16,350 bases of DNA from Promethearchaeota archaeon (GTDB lineage: Archaea; Asgardarchaeota; Lokiarchaeia; Sigyniarchaeales; SOKP01): contig JBHLOY010000031.1 of assembly GCA_048939995.1 (NCBI GenBank), positions 1-16,350 of the forward strand, read 5' to 3'. A model generated the notes under the pieces. It had not been told where the DNA came from and searched no databases. It was given only the letters and a program-made list of their open reading frames with translations. Of this stretch, positions 8,118-15,540 are shown piece after piece. A program made the position numbers and the translations under genes. Position 1 is the first letter of the stretch. The number at the start of each line of letters is the position of its first letter.

Positions 8118-9461
8118 ATGATAGCAACTTATATAATTAGAGAAATTTTTAATATTAATATTATTAAAAAAAAATTAGAAAAGTGTTATATAATTACAAT
8201 CTCAAGCAAAGTTGTACCCGATGAAAAAATAAGACTTATTGTTAATACAGATTATAGGGATAAAGAATTTTTAGATTTAATACGAGATATTACAGATGAA
8301 GCCATTAAAACTAATCCATTATATAATGAATTGGTGAAAAAAGAAGAATTCAACTCAGATGATGTGAATAAATTAGAGGATTTAGCTATAATCCCTTATA
8401 TACCTGCAGTTTTTTTCAAGCAATCAGTCCGAAAGTTTGAAAAATTACTAAAAATCTCAGTAAAGTCTCCTGAATTTAAGACTTGGAATGTTTCTTCTTG
8501 TACTACAGGAGATCCATCCTTAGTAGGGCGATCTATAGATGATATAGAGTTTTTAGCCAGTATGACTATAAAATGTATTTATGAGTTCATCCCAATACCA
8601 ATGGAGGAACATAATCAATATAAGACTATTTCAATGAATTTTGCTCCCAATGTTAAATTTTTAAATCGGATTGCGATGAGATACACTGATTTGAGACCAG
8701 TGAGTCTATATACTAGCACTTTAAACGAAATTACTACAAAAATAACAAAACCAAAGTATCTAATCAAATTCTTTATCCTTAAAGCATTTAAAGAGATAAT
8801 TAAAAAACGTAGTTTAGTAGGTGCTTTTGGAATTAATTCTAAACATGTAATAAAGACAATCAACAAGAATTCAAAAAAACCAATTGATAAACAAAAAAAT
8901 ATTTCAATCGGGGGAAGTCTCCAATTATTAAACACTTTTATGAATAACTACTTGAAAGAAGCGAACATAAAATTTGATTTACCAAATTGTTATGTGACTA
9001 CAGGTGGCGGTGGATGGAGTGGACATAAATCTCAACTAAAGTATCCTCCCATAGAAAAAACAAAATTCGTTTCAGATTGTGTAGAATTTTTTGGGACTAA
9101 AGCTGAAAATATTAGGGATATGTATGGTTTTACTGAAACGCCAATAGTCTTTGGTAGTCATTGGTCAGAAAAGTATCAAGATTTTATATTTCACTGTCCA
9201 CCTCAAGCGAGAATTATAGTCAGAGATATAAATACTTTAGACCCTCTTAACAAAGACGGGGATCAAGGCTTTCTTGAAGTTTTAACACCTTTTGGAGTAG
9301 CTGCATCTGTAAATCACGCAATAGTTGTTGATGATTTAGTAGAATTAGTTTCAAAACGTCGATGTCCCGAGTGTCAGTATGAAGGTGATGCATTTTTAGT
9401 TCAAGGTAGAATTAAAGATAAAGAGGGGCTTGGATGTTCATCCACTGTTGAATGGATATAA
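8118..9461 (+). CDS. LuxE-family acyl-protein synthetase (adenylate-forming LuxE/PaaK superfamily); start uncertain
   Basis: IPYIPAVFFK, SSCTTGDPS (P-loop-like), VTTGGGGW, IRDMYGFTE, ARIIVRD...PL...G.LEVLTP, CPEC...GR and C-terminal GCS (position of the acyl-accepting Cys in LuxE). Confidence 0.78.
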   Translation: MIATYIIREIFNINIIKKKLEKCYIITISSKVVPDEKIRLIVNTDYRDKEFLDLIRDITDEAIKTNPLYNELVKKEEFNSDDVNKLEDLAIIPYIPAVFFKQSVRKFEKLLKISVKSPEFKTWNVSSCTTGDPSLVGRSIDDIEFLASMTIKCIYEFIPIPMEEHNQYKTISMNFAPNVKFLNRIAMRYTDLRPVSLYTSTLNEITTKITKPKYLIKFFILKAFKEIIKKRSLVGAFGINSKHVIKTINKNSKKPIDKQKNISIGGSLQLLNTFMNNYLKEANIKFDLPNCYVTTGGGGWSGHKSQLKYPPIEKTKFVSDCVEFFGTKAENIRDMYGFTETPIVFGSHWSEKYQDFIFHCPPQARIIVRDINTLDPLNKDGDQGFLEVLTPFGVAASVNHAIVVDDLVELVSKRRCPECQYEGDAFLVQGRIKDKEGLGCSSTVEWI

Positions 9462-9563
9462 ATTTATTAAACAGAAAAGATTAGTATTATCTAGCATACG
9501 ATAATTAATAAAGGATCAAATCCTAAAAATTTAAAGAGAAAATTTTTTTAAAGAGTGAGATAC

Positions 9564-10571
9564 ATGAGTGAAGAGTATGAGCTTTTAGAGGGAGAATTTG
9601 AAGTTGTTACAGAAAAACCTTCCGTTACTAAAAGCATAATTAGTTGGATCGTAAGAAATTTTAAATTTCTTCTACTTCCCGGTTCTACTCTTGAAGATTT
9701 AAGTCAAAGAGAATATATATATGAAAGGTCAGTGAGTAGAAGGAAATTCATTCGGAGGTTTAAATCAGCCTTAACCATAACAGGAATAGTCATTGTGTTC
9801 TTTATTATTACTTTGGCTGTATTTCCCCATTGGATTTCTACTTTTACAGTTGAACAAGCTAATGGAGTATATCCTGGGGCTTGGGATGCTCCTTCACATA
9901 ATCATCCTTTAGGGCAGACTAAATTTGGGCGTGATGTACTCGCTAGAATGATTTACGGAGCGAGGACTTCTCTAACAGTAGCACTTCCAGCCATTGGGTT
10001 TAGTGTAGTTATTGGAGTGGCTTTTGGAGTGATTGCAGCCTTTTATGGTGGATGGATTGACTCAATTATTATGAGAATTGCTGATGTATTACTTGCATTT
10101 CCCGGATTGATTCTTGCTTTAGTTTTTGTAGCAATCCTTGGGACGCGAATTGAAAATATCATGCTTGCATGGGGTATCCTTGGAGTACCTTTTTATGCTC
10201 GTTTGATTAGAGGATCGGTATTACAAGCACGGGAATTACCGTATATCCAAGCTGCGAGAGTATCCGGAGCAGGAAGTTGGAGAATTATGTTTAGACATAT
10301 ATTACCAAATGTAATTCAGCCTGTAATCATATCAGTTACTTTTAACATTGGAGGAATTGTACTCAGTTTAGCAGGTCTTTCATTTCTTGGATTTAGTGAT
10401 CCAAGAATGATAGATTGGGGAAATGAGATTGCTGAAGCACGAGAGTTTCTTTACATCTCTCCTTGGGCATCTATGGGACCAGGGTTTATGATCTTATTGG
10501 CAGTATTAGGATTTATGTTATTAGGGGATGGGCTGCGAGATGCTTTAGATCCTCGATTAAAGAATCTATGA
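9564..10571 (+). CDS. Peptide/nickel ABC transporter permease, DppC/OppC family (copy 1)
   Basis: HPLGQTKFGRDVLARMIYGARTSL, GGWIDSIIMRIADVLLAFPGLILAL, EAA-loop YIQAARVSGA...HILPN, GDGLRDALDPR. Start moved from GTG 9555 to ATG 9564 because this ATG aligns without gaps to the ATG of copy 2. Confidence 0.93.
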   Translation: MSEEYELLEGEFEVVTEKPSVTKSIISWIVRNFKFLLLPGSTLEDLSQREYIYERSVSRRKFIRRFKSALTITGIVIVFFIITLAVFPHWISTFTVEQANGVYPGAWDAPSHNHPLGQTKFGRDVLARMIYGARTSLTVALPAIGFSVVIGVAFGVIAAFYGGWIDSIIMRIADVLLAFPGLILALVFVAILGTRIENIMLAWGILGVPFYARLIRGSVLQARELPYIQAARVSGAGSWRIMFRHILPNVIQPVIISVTFNIGGIVLSLAGLSFLGFSDPRMIDWGNEIAEAREFLYISPWASMGPGFMILLAVLGFMLLGDGLRDALDPRLKNL

Positions 10572-10761
10572 TCAAAATTTTTTACTTCTATTTTTTATAA
10601 TTTTTATCATTTTAATGAAACTTTAATAGTCGTCTAATTATCTAGTTTTTTTGACTTTATACATAACTGAATGGAGAACAATACATAGTCATTGTAAAAT
10701 AGTTAATAAAGGATCATTTCCAACGCTTTTAGAGAGAAATTCCTTTTAAAGAGTAAGGCAT

Positions 10762-11775
10762 ATGAGTAAAAAAACGGAATATGATCTTTTAGAAGTTGAA
10801 CTTGAAGTTGTTACCGAAAAGCCTTCTGCTACTAAAAGCATAATTAATTGGATTGTAAGAAATTTTAAATTTCTTTTACTTCCCGGTTCTACCCTTGAAG
10901 ATTTAAGTCAAAGAGAATATGAATATGAAAGATCAGTGAGTAGAAGGAAGTTTATTCGAAGGTTTAAATCTATCCTAACCATAACAGGAATAATCATTGT
11001 GTTCTTTATTGTTACTTTAGCTGTATTTCCCCATTGGATTTCTACTTTTACAATTGAAGAAGCTAATGGGGTATATCCAGGGTCTTGGGGAGCACCTTCG
11101 CCAATCCATCCTTTAGGACAAACTAATTTTGGACGAGATGTACTCGCTAGAATGATTTATGGTGCAAGAACATCTTTAACTGTAGCGCTTCCAGCTATTG
11201 GGTTTAGTGTAGTTGTTGGAGTTGTTTTTGGAGTGATAGCCGCTTTTTATGGTGGATGGATTGATTCAGTTATTATGAGAATTGCTGATGTATTACTTGC
11301 ATTTCCCGGATTGATTCTTGCTTTAGTTTTTATTGCTATCCTTGGAACGCGAATTGAAAATATCATGATTGCGTGGGGTATACTTGGAGTACCTTTTTAT
11401 GCTCGTTTGATAAGGGGATCAGTATTACAAGCACGAGAATTACCATATATCCAAGCTGCGAGAGTATCTGGAGCAGGAAGTTGGAGAATAATGTTTAAGC
11501 ACATCTTACCGAATGTAATTCAACCTATAATTATTGCAGTTACATTTAACATTGGAGGTATAGTGTTAGCCTTAGCGGGTCTTTCTTTTTTAGGGTTTAG
11601 TGACCCAAGAATGATTGATTGGGGAAATGAAATTGCTACAGCAAGACAATTCCTTTATACTGCTCCGTGGGCTTCTATGGGACCAGGATTTATGATCTTA
11701 TTGGCAGTATTAGGTTTTATGTTATTAGGCGATGGGCTGCGAGATGCTTTGGACCCTCGATTAAAGAATCTTTAA
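10762..11775 (+). CDS. Peptide/nickel ABC transporter permease, DppC/OppC family (copy 2)
   Basis: Same motifs as copy 1; about 90% amino-acid identity to it by manual comparison. Confidence 0.93.
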   Translation: MSKKTEYDLLEVELEVVTEKPSATKSIINWIVRNFKFLLLPGSTLEDLSQREYEYERSVSRRKFIRRFKSILTITGIIIVFFIVTLAVFPHWISTFTIEEANGVYPGSWGAPSPIHPLGQTNFGRDVLARMIYGARTSLTVALPAIGFSVVVGVVFGVIAAFYGGWIDSVIMRIADVLLAFPGLILALVFIAILGTRIENIMIAWGILGVPFYARLIRGSVLQARELPYIQAARVSGAGSWRIMFKHILPNVIQPIIIAVTFNIGGIVLALAGLSFLGFSDPRMIDWGNEIATARQFLYTAPWASMGPGFMILLAVLGFMLLGDGLRDALDPRLKNL

Positions 11776-11814
11776 TTCAAGAAGGCTAAGAACTAATTAT
11801 TTAATAAAATATTA

Positions 11815-11829
11815 TTTTTTTTCTCTTTT
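11815..11829 (+). terminator. Putative oligo-T archaeal terminator after permease copy 2
   Basis: TTTTTTTTCTCTTTT about 40 nt after the stop, in the gap between convergent genes. Confidence 0.4.
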
Positions 11830-11873
11830 AACCAAATAATTTCAATTTGAGAATTAAAAAATAATTAAATAAT

Positions 11874-12812
11874 TTAAATTATACTTTTTATAATCTCTTC
11901 TAACTTTGGGAAAATTCGGGGGTAATGAACTGCCATGCAGTGAATTCCGGCGAGAAGATTCTTTTTCCTAAGTTCTGAAATGAAGGGTTTAAAAAATTCG
12001 TAATTGGCATAATCATATGCTTCCTTTTGCATCTTCTTATCAGTGGAATATTCAGTTTTGATTGATTTCCACCTTGCAAGAATATCTTTGGGAACAGAAA
12101 CGCCTGGTACGAAGGTGTCAAAACCTTTAGCAATTGCATAACTCTTCATTGGAAATATTCCTAATAAAACAGGGATACCATATCGGTTGATTGCTGTTAA
12201 AAATTCAATCGTACGATCTAGATCATAGACCACCTGGGTTTGTAAAAATTCGGCTCCTGCTTTTGCTTTGCGGCCAATTTTTAAAACTTCTGCCTCCATT
12301 GGTTCAGCGTTTGGGTTAGCTGCAGCACCAACATGAAGTTTTGGCGGTGCTTCTATTTCGTGATCATTAATCTTACCTGTATCTACCATCTCTCTAACTA
12401 GCTTCACTAGAGTAGCAGAATCTAAATCGAAAACTGGTTTACTTTCAGGCATATCTCCCAGTGCGGTATGATCTCCAGTTAAAGAAAGAATATTATGTAT
12501 ACCAAGAGCTTGTGCTCCCATTATCATTCCAGTAATTCCAAGTTTATTTACATCACGGACAGTTAATTGCCAGATGCATTCCAAACCAGCATCCCGTTGT
12601 ATAATATAAGAAGAGGCTAGACTGTTAATAGTAACTATACCAAGTGGACTGTCAGTTACATTGGCAGCTATAACGAAAGGAGCCATTTCCTTGGCTTCGT
12701 GAACCGTATGAGAAAGATCACAAGTTTTTTCAGGCTCTAATTCGCCAGTTAAAATAAATTCGCCTTTTGCAAGAGCCTCTCCTAATTTCGAATAGACTTT
12801 ACCTTCTGTCAT
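11874..12812 (-). CDS. metF: Methylenetetrahydrofolate reductase catalytic subunit MetF (MetV-associated type)
   Basis: TGELEP, ANVTDSP, QLTVRDVN, NILSLTGDH, KPVFDLDS, GAAANP, KAKAGAEFLQTQVVYD, GIHCM; directly downstream of metV. Confidence 0.92.
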   Translation of the reverse strand: MTEGKVYSKLGEALAKGEFILTGELEPEKTCDLSHTVHEAKEMAPFVIAANVTDSPLGIVTINSLASSYIIQRDAGLECIWQLTVRDVNKLGITGMIMGAQALGIHNILSLTGDHTALGDMPESKPVFDLDSATLVKLVREMVDTGKINDHEIEAPPKLHVGAAANPNAEPMEAEVLKIGRKAKAGAEFLQTQVVYDLDRTIEFLTAINRYGIPVLLGIFPMKSYAIAKGFDTFVPGVSVPKDILARWKSIKTEYSTDKKMQKEAYDYANYEFFKPFISELRKKNLLAGIHCMAVHYPRIFPKLEEIIKSII

Positions 12813-12821
12813 ACTACTATT

Positions 12822-12828
12822 TCACCTC
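12822..12828 (-). promoter_or_regulatory. Strong Shine-Dalgarno site (GAGGTGA) of metF, overlapping the metV stop codon
   Basis: Minus strand reads TAGAGGTGAAATAGTAGTATG, consistent with translational coupling. Confidence 0.75.
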
Positions 12829-13499
12829 TATCTAAATATAACTTCTTGCTGATGACCAGATTCAGACCAATCCCGTGCATCTCGTAATTCACTAAATAGG
12901 TCTAATCTGCCTATTGCTTTTAATCGATTATAAATTAAAATCCACCCACAATCTTTCTCATAATTGCCCACTTCGCATTTTCCGTCAACCATTCCCCCAC
13001 AGGGTCCATTCATTAATCCTTTAGCACAAGTTGCGATAGGACAAATTCCACCAGTATAGTTTAAATAACAATCTCCACAAGCTCTACAACGCATGTAAAA
13101 TCGTCCAATCCTTTCTGTCATTCCTATAAACTTTGTATTATTGGAGATAAGGACCGGTTTTGCTGGGTATTTATTTTGAAGAACTTGAACAATGGATTGT
13201 ACTCCAAGTCCACAACTTAAAGTCAAAATAGCATCCGATGCCTTTATTTCATCATCAATTTTACGTAAATCTTTTTTCATTACTCTATTATCACATACAT
13301 CTTCCGAAACAATCACTGCTTCAATCTGGTAGCCCCTTTCTTGTAATTTCTGCTGCCATTCTTCTGCTCCAGGTGTTCCCCCTGTTTGGCATAAAGCTGA
13401 GCAGGTTCCGCAAGATACAATAGTAAGTTTTTTAACTTGATAATTTTCCAGTGCCTCAAATACTTCTTCATCTGGTTTTTTAGTTGTAATTACAACCAT
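12828..13499 (-). CDS. metV: Methylenetetrahydrofolate reductase small Fe-S/Zn subunit MetV (MTHFR C-terminal-like domain)
   Basis: CGTCSALCQTGG, LSCGLGVQ, CRACGDC..NYTGGICPIATCAKGLMNGPCGG...GKCEV...CGWILIY.RL; ends 15 bp upstream of metF. Confidence 0.92.
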   Translation of the reverse strand: MVVITTKKPDEEVFEALENYQVKKLTIVSCGTCSALCQTGGTPGAEEWQQKLQERGYQIEAVIVSEDVCDNRVMKKDLRKIDDEIKASDAILTLSCGLGVQSIVQVLQNKYPAKPVLISNNTKFIGMTERIGRFYMRCRACGDCYLNYTGGICPIATCAKGLMNGPCGGMVDGKCEVGNYEKDCGWILIYNRLKAIGRLDLFSELRDARDWSESGHQQEVIFR

Positions 13500-13903
13500 T
13501 TTTGTTTACTCTTAATTTAATTTTGATTAATTAGAGGAATTAATAAATTTATTAAAGTTTAATTATTATTTTTTGAACATTTTTATTTAAAAATAAAAAT
13601 TTATAAAGATAAAAATAGTAGTCATCATGACAAATTTTTTTAATTTTAAATTATTTACCGCATTTTTGTACAGATATGAAAATTATTGTGATAAAGACTG
13701 ATCATAAAAACGTCTAATTCTATCGCCTAATTATCATTTTTTAAATTAGAAAAATAGGTATATGACATTAAAGTAAGGATTCAAAGGGATTTTGATTGCA
13801 GCTAAATGACAAAAAATAGCTATTTCTCGTATTTTTTATAGTTAATGCTAGATATCACATATAAATTTTTATTTATTGTAAAATTAGGAGTGTTTTAGAT
13901 TTT

Positions 13904-15124
13904 ATGAAAAAGACAAAAATAATTGGTCTGCTAATTGTTTCAGTTTTCCTTATGGGGTTTTTATTTAGTTCAATTTCAGCTTTAGTTTCAAAAGATGTTA
14001 TTTTAGATGTAAAAAGTATATCTTTTAATTCTAGTTGTTCTCAAGAAGATAAAAGTTTTGTAGAATGGCGTGGAACAGAACAAAAGTATCTCTATGTAGT
14101 TGCAGAGAATTACTATGATCTAGGATTCTTAACCGGGCAATTTTTAATGTCTCAGATTATTGCTTTCGATAATATTATTGATTACTTTATTTATGCTCTA
14201 AATTTAGATTTGCAAACTATTCTTCACATTGCTAATAATTATGAAATTCCACAACCATATCAAGATGAAATGGAAGGAATTGCAGATGCCACTGGTCTTA
14301 GTTATGAAGAAATTTTACTTCAAATTGTCTTTTTAGATTTATATTATGGAATTTTAATCCCACTGCAAGTTTCAAGTAATAATATTGGAGCATGTACCGC
14401 TTTTGCAGTCAAGAATAGGAACTCGCATTTTGTGCATGGTCAGACAATGGATTTTGGGCTGATTTTTCAACCAATTTTAGTTTGGGTTCATCATAAAATT
14501 ATCGGTAAAGAAGATGTATTTACTTTAAGGATGGGAGCAAGTACTTTAGCGATAGGAAAGAACCAAAAGGTTTCTTGTACCCTTAATTTAGTGCAAGCTT
14601 GGAAGATAGGAAATTTTGATGTCCCAACTTCTATTAAATGTAGAATTGCTTTTGAAACCTGTAAAAATGCAAAAAATTTCCTTTCAGTCATGCTATCTAG
14701 TTATTGCGCATCTTGGAATTACATTATATGTGATAAAAGAGGGATGATCTTTGGTGTTGAAACTGTACCTGGATTAGCTGTCATAAATAAAATAAAAAAA
14801 AGTGAATTTGTGGTAGAGAGTAATACTTATACAACAGAAACACTTAAACCTTTTTTAATTGATCCTTATTATAGTCTGGCACGTCAAGAAAAAGCACAGG
14901 AATTGATCAATGCTAAATTGACTCAGAATAAAAATTTTAAAATTCAGGATGGAATATCTATTGAATGCTATTATGATGGGTCCGATGCAAGTATATGTCG
15001 ATATCCAGATCTATATAATCCTCTAAGTATAGCGACTCTTGCTTCATTTACTACCTCGTTTTGGAAAAATGGGTATTTTGGAATTGGAACTCCAGACAAT
15101 TCGTTAGAAAAAGTTCCAATTTAA
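13904..15124 (+). CDS. Exported C45-family autoproteolytic acyltransferase/hydrolase (Ntn-hydrolase with Cys nucleophile)
   Basis: Signal-like N-terminus MKKTK-IIGLLIVSVFLMGFLFSSISA; YYDLGFLTG, DEMEGIADATGL, cleavage site GA|CTAF (Cys164), HGQTMDF, NYIICD...VE, ESNTY, S..RQ. SD AGGAG at 13886-13890. Confidence 0.8.
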   Translation: MKKTKIIGLLIVSVFLMGFLFSSISALVSKDVILDVKSISFNSSCSQEDKSFVEWRGTEQKYLYVVAENYYDLGFLTGQFLMSQIIAFDNIIDYFIYALNLDLQTILHIANNYEIPQPYQDEMEGIADATGLSYEEILLQIVFLDLYYGILIPLQVSSNNIGACTAFAVKNRNSHFVHGQTMDFGLIFQPILVWVHHKIIGKEDVFTLRMGASTLAIGKNQKVSCTLNLVQAWKIGNFDVPTSIKCRIAFETCKNAKNFLSVMLSSYCASWNYIICDKRGMIFGVETVPGLAVINKIKKSEFVVESNTYTTETLKPFLIDPYYSLARQEKAQELINAKLTQNKNFKIQDGISIECYYDGSDASICRYPDLYNPLSIATLASFTTSFWKNGYFGIGTPDNSLEKVPI

Positions 15125-15139
15125 TTTTTTTTCTTTTTT
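15125..15139 (+). terminator. Putative oligo-T terminator of the C45 gene
   Basis: TTTTTTTTCTTTTTT immediately after the TAA stop. Confidence 0.5.
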
Positions 15140-15540
15140 ATTATTAATCCCAGATTTTTTATCAATTATATAAATAATAATAGGAAATTTTATTAAGAAA
15201 CTACAATATGATCCAGATTGGTATAGGAATCTGCAAGAAATTTCGAAATTTGGTAAGGAAAAAATTATAATTGTTAGGTTATGATCATTTTTTCATAACT
15301 TTTTTTGAATAAATACAACCCATTTCTTGCCCATTTTTTATATAAATGCATTTTTTTGTCAACAAAATTCCTTTTTTAGGAAGAATAGAATTGTTAAGTT
15401 AGTCTAAAATCATAAAAAACATATTCCTTGCCTATGCAATTGAAGGATTCTGGATTCTGTCAAATTAGGTCCGAAAAGTGTTGATCTTTTTAATATTCGC
15501 CCGATTCCGTAAAAAGAGCTACGAAAAGAGCCCCAATACA

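Larger units (their letters stand above)
9501..11775 (+). repeat. Tandem direct duplication of the permease gene plus 63 bp of upstream DNA (9501-10571 and 10699-11775)
   Basis: Upstream segments 9501-9563 and 10699-10761 align without gaps at 47/63 nt and share TTAATAAAGGATCA, AGAGAAA and TTTTAAAGAGT. The coding regions are collinear. Confidence 0.92.

Noticed and set aside
8615-8935. 106-aa hydrophobic minus ORF
   Set aside because: Antisense within luxE; the hydrophobicity reflects complementing Lys/Asn-rich codons.
8118-9461. Bioluminescence (lux) system
   Set aside because: No luxA, luxB, luxC or luxD in the window; LuxE homologs are widespread outside luminous bacteria.
10569-10700. 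Selenocysteine read-through or SECIS at the TGA stop of permease copy 1
   Set aside because: The paralog ends at the same position with TAA, so TGA is a true stop; no convincing SECIS or in-frame Sec codon was seen in the window.
11900-12139. 79-aa minus ORF in an alternative frame of metF (possible frameshift product)
   Set aside because: metF is intact through its C-terminal GIHCM motif, and the alternative frame has no recognisable features.
13238-13423. 61-aa plus ORF
   Set aside because: Antisense within metV.
14491-14691. 66-aa minus ORF
   Set aside because: Antisense within the C45 gene.
15238-15251. Perfect 14-bp palindrome AAATTTCGAAATTT
   Set aside because: A few palindromes of this length are expected by chance in 16 kb of about 70% AT DNA.
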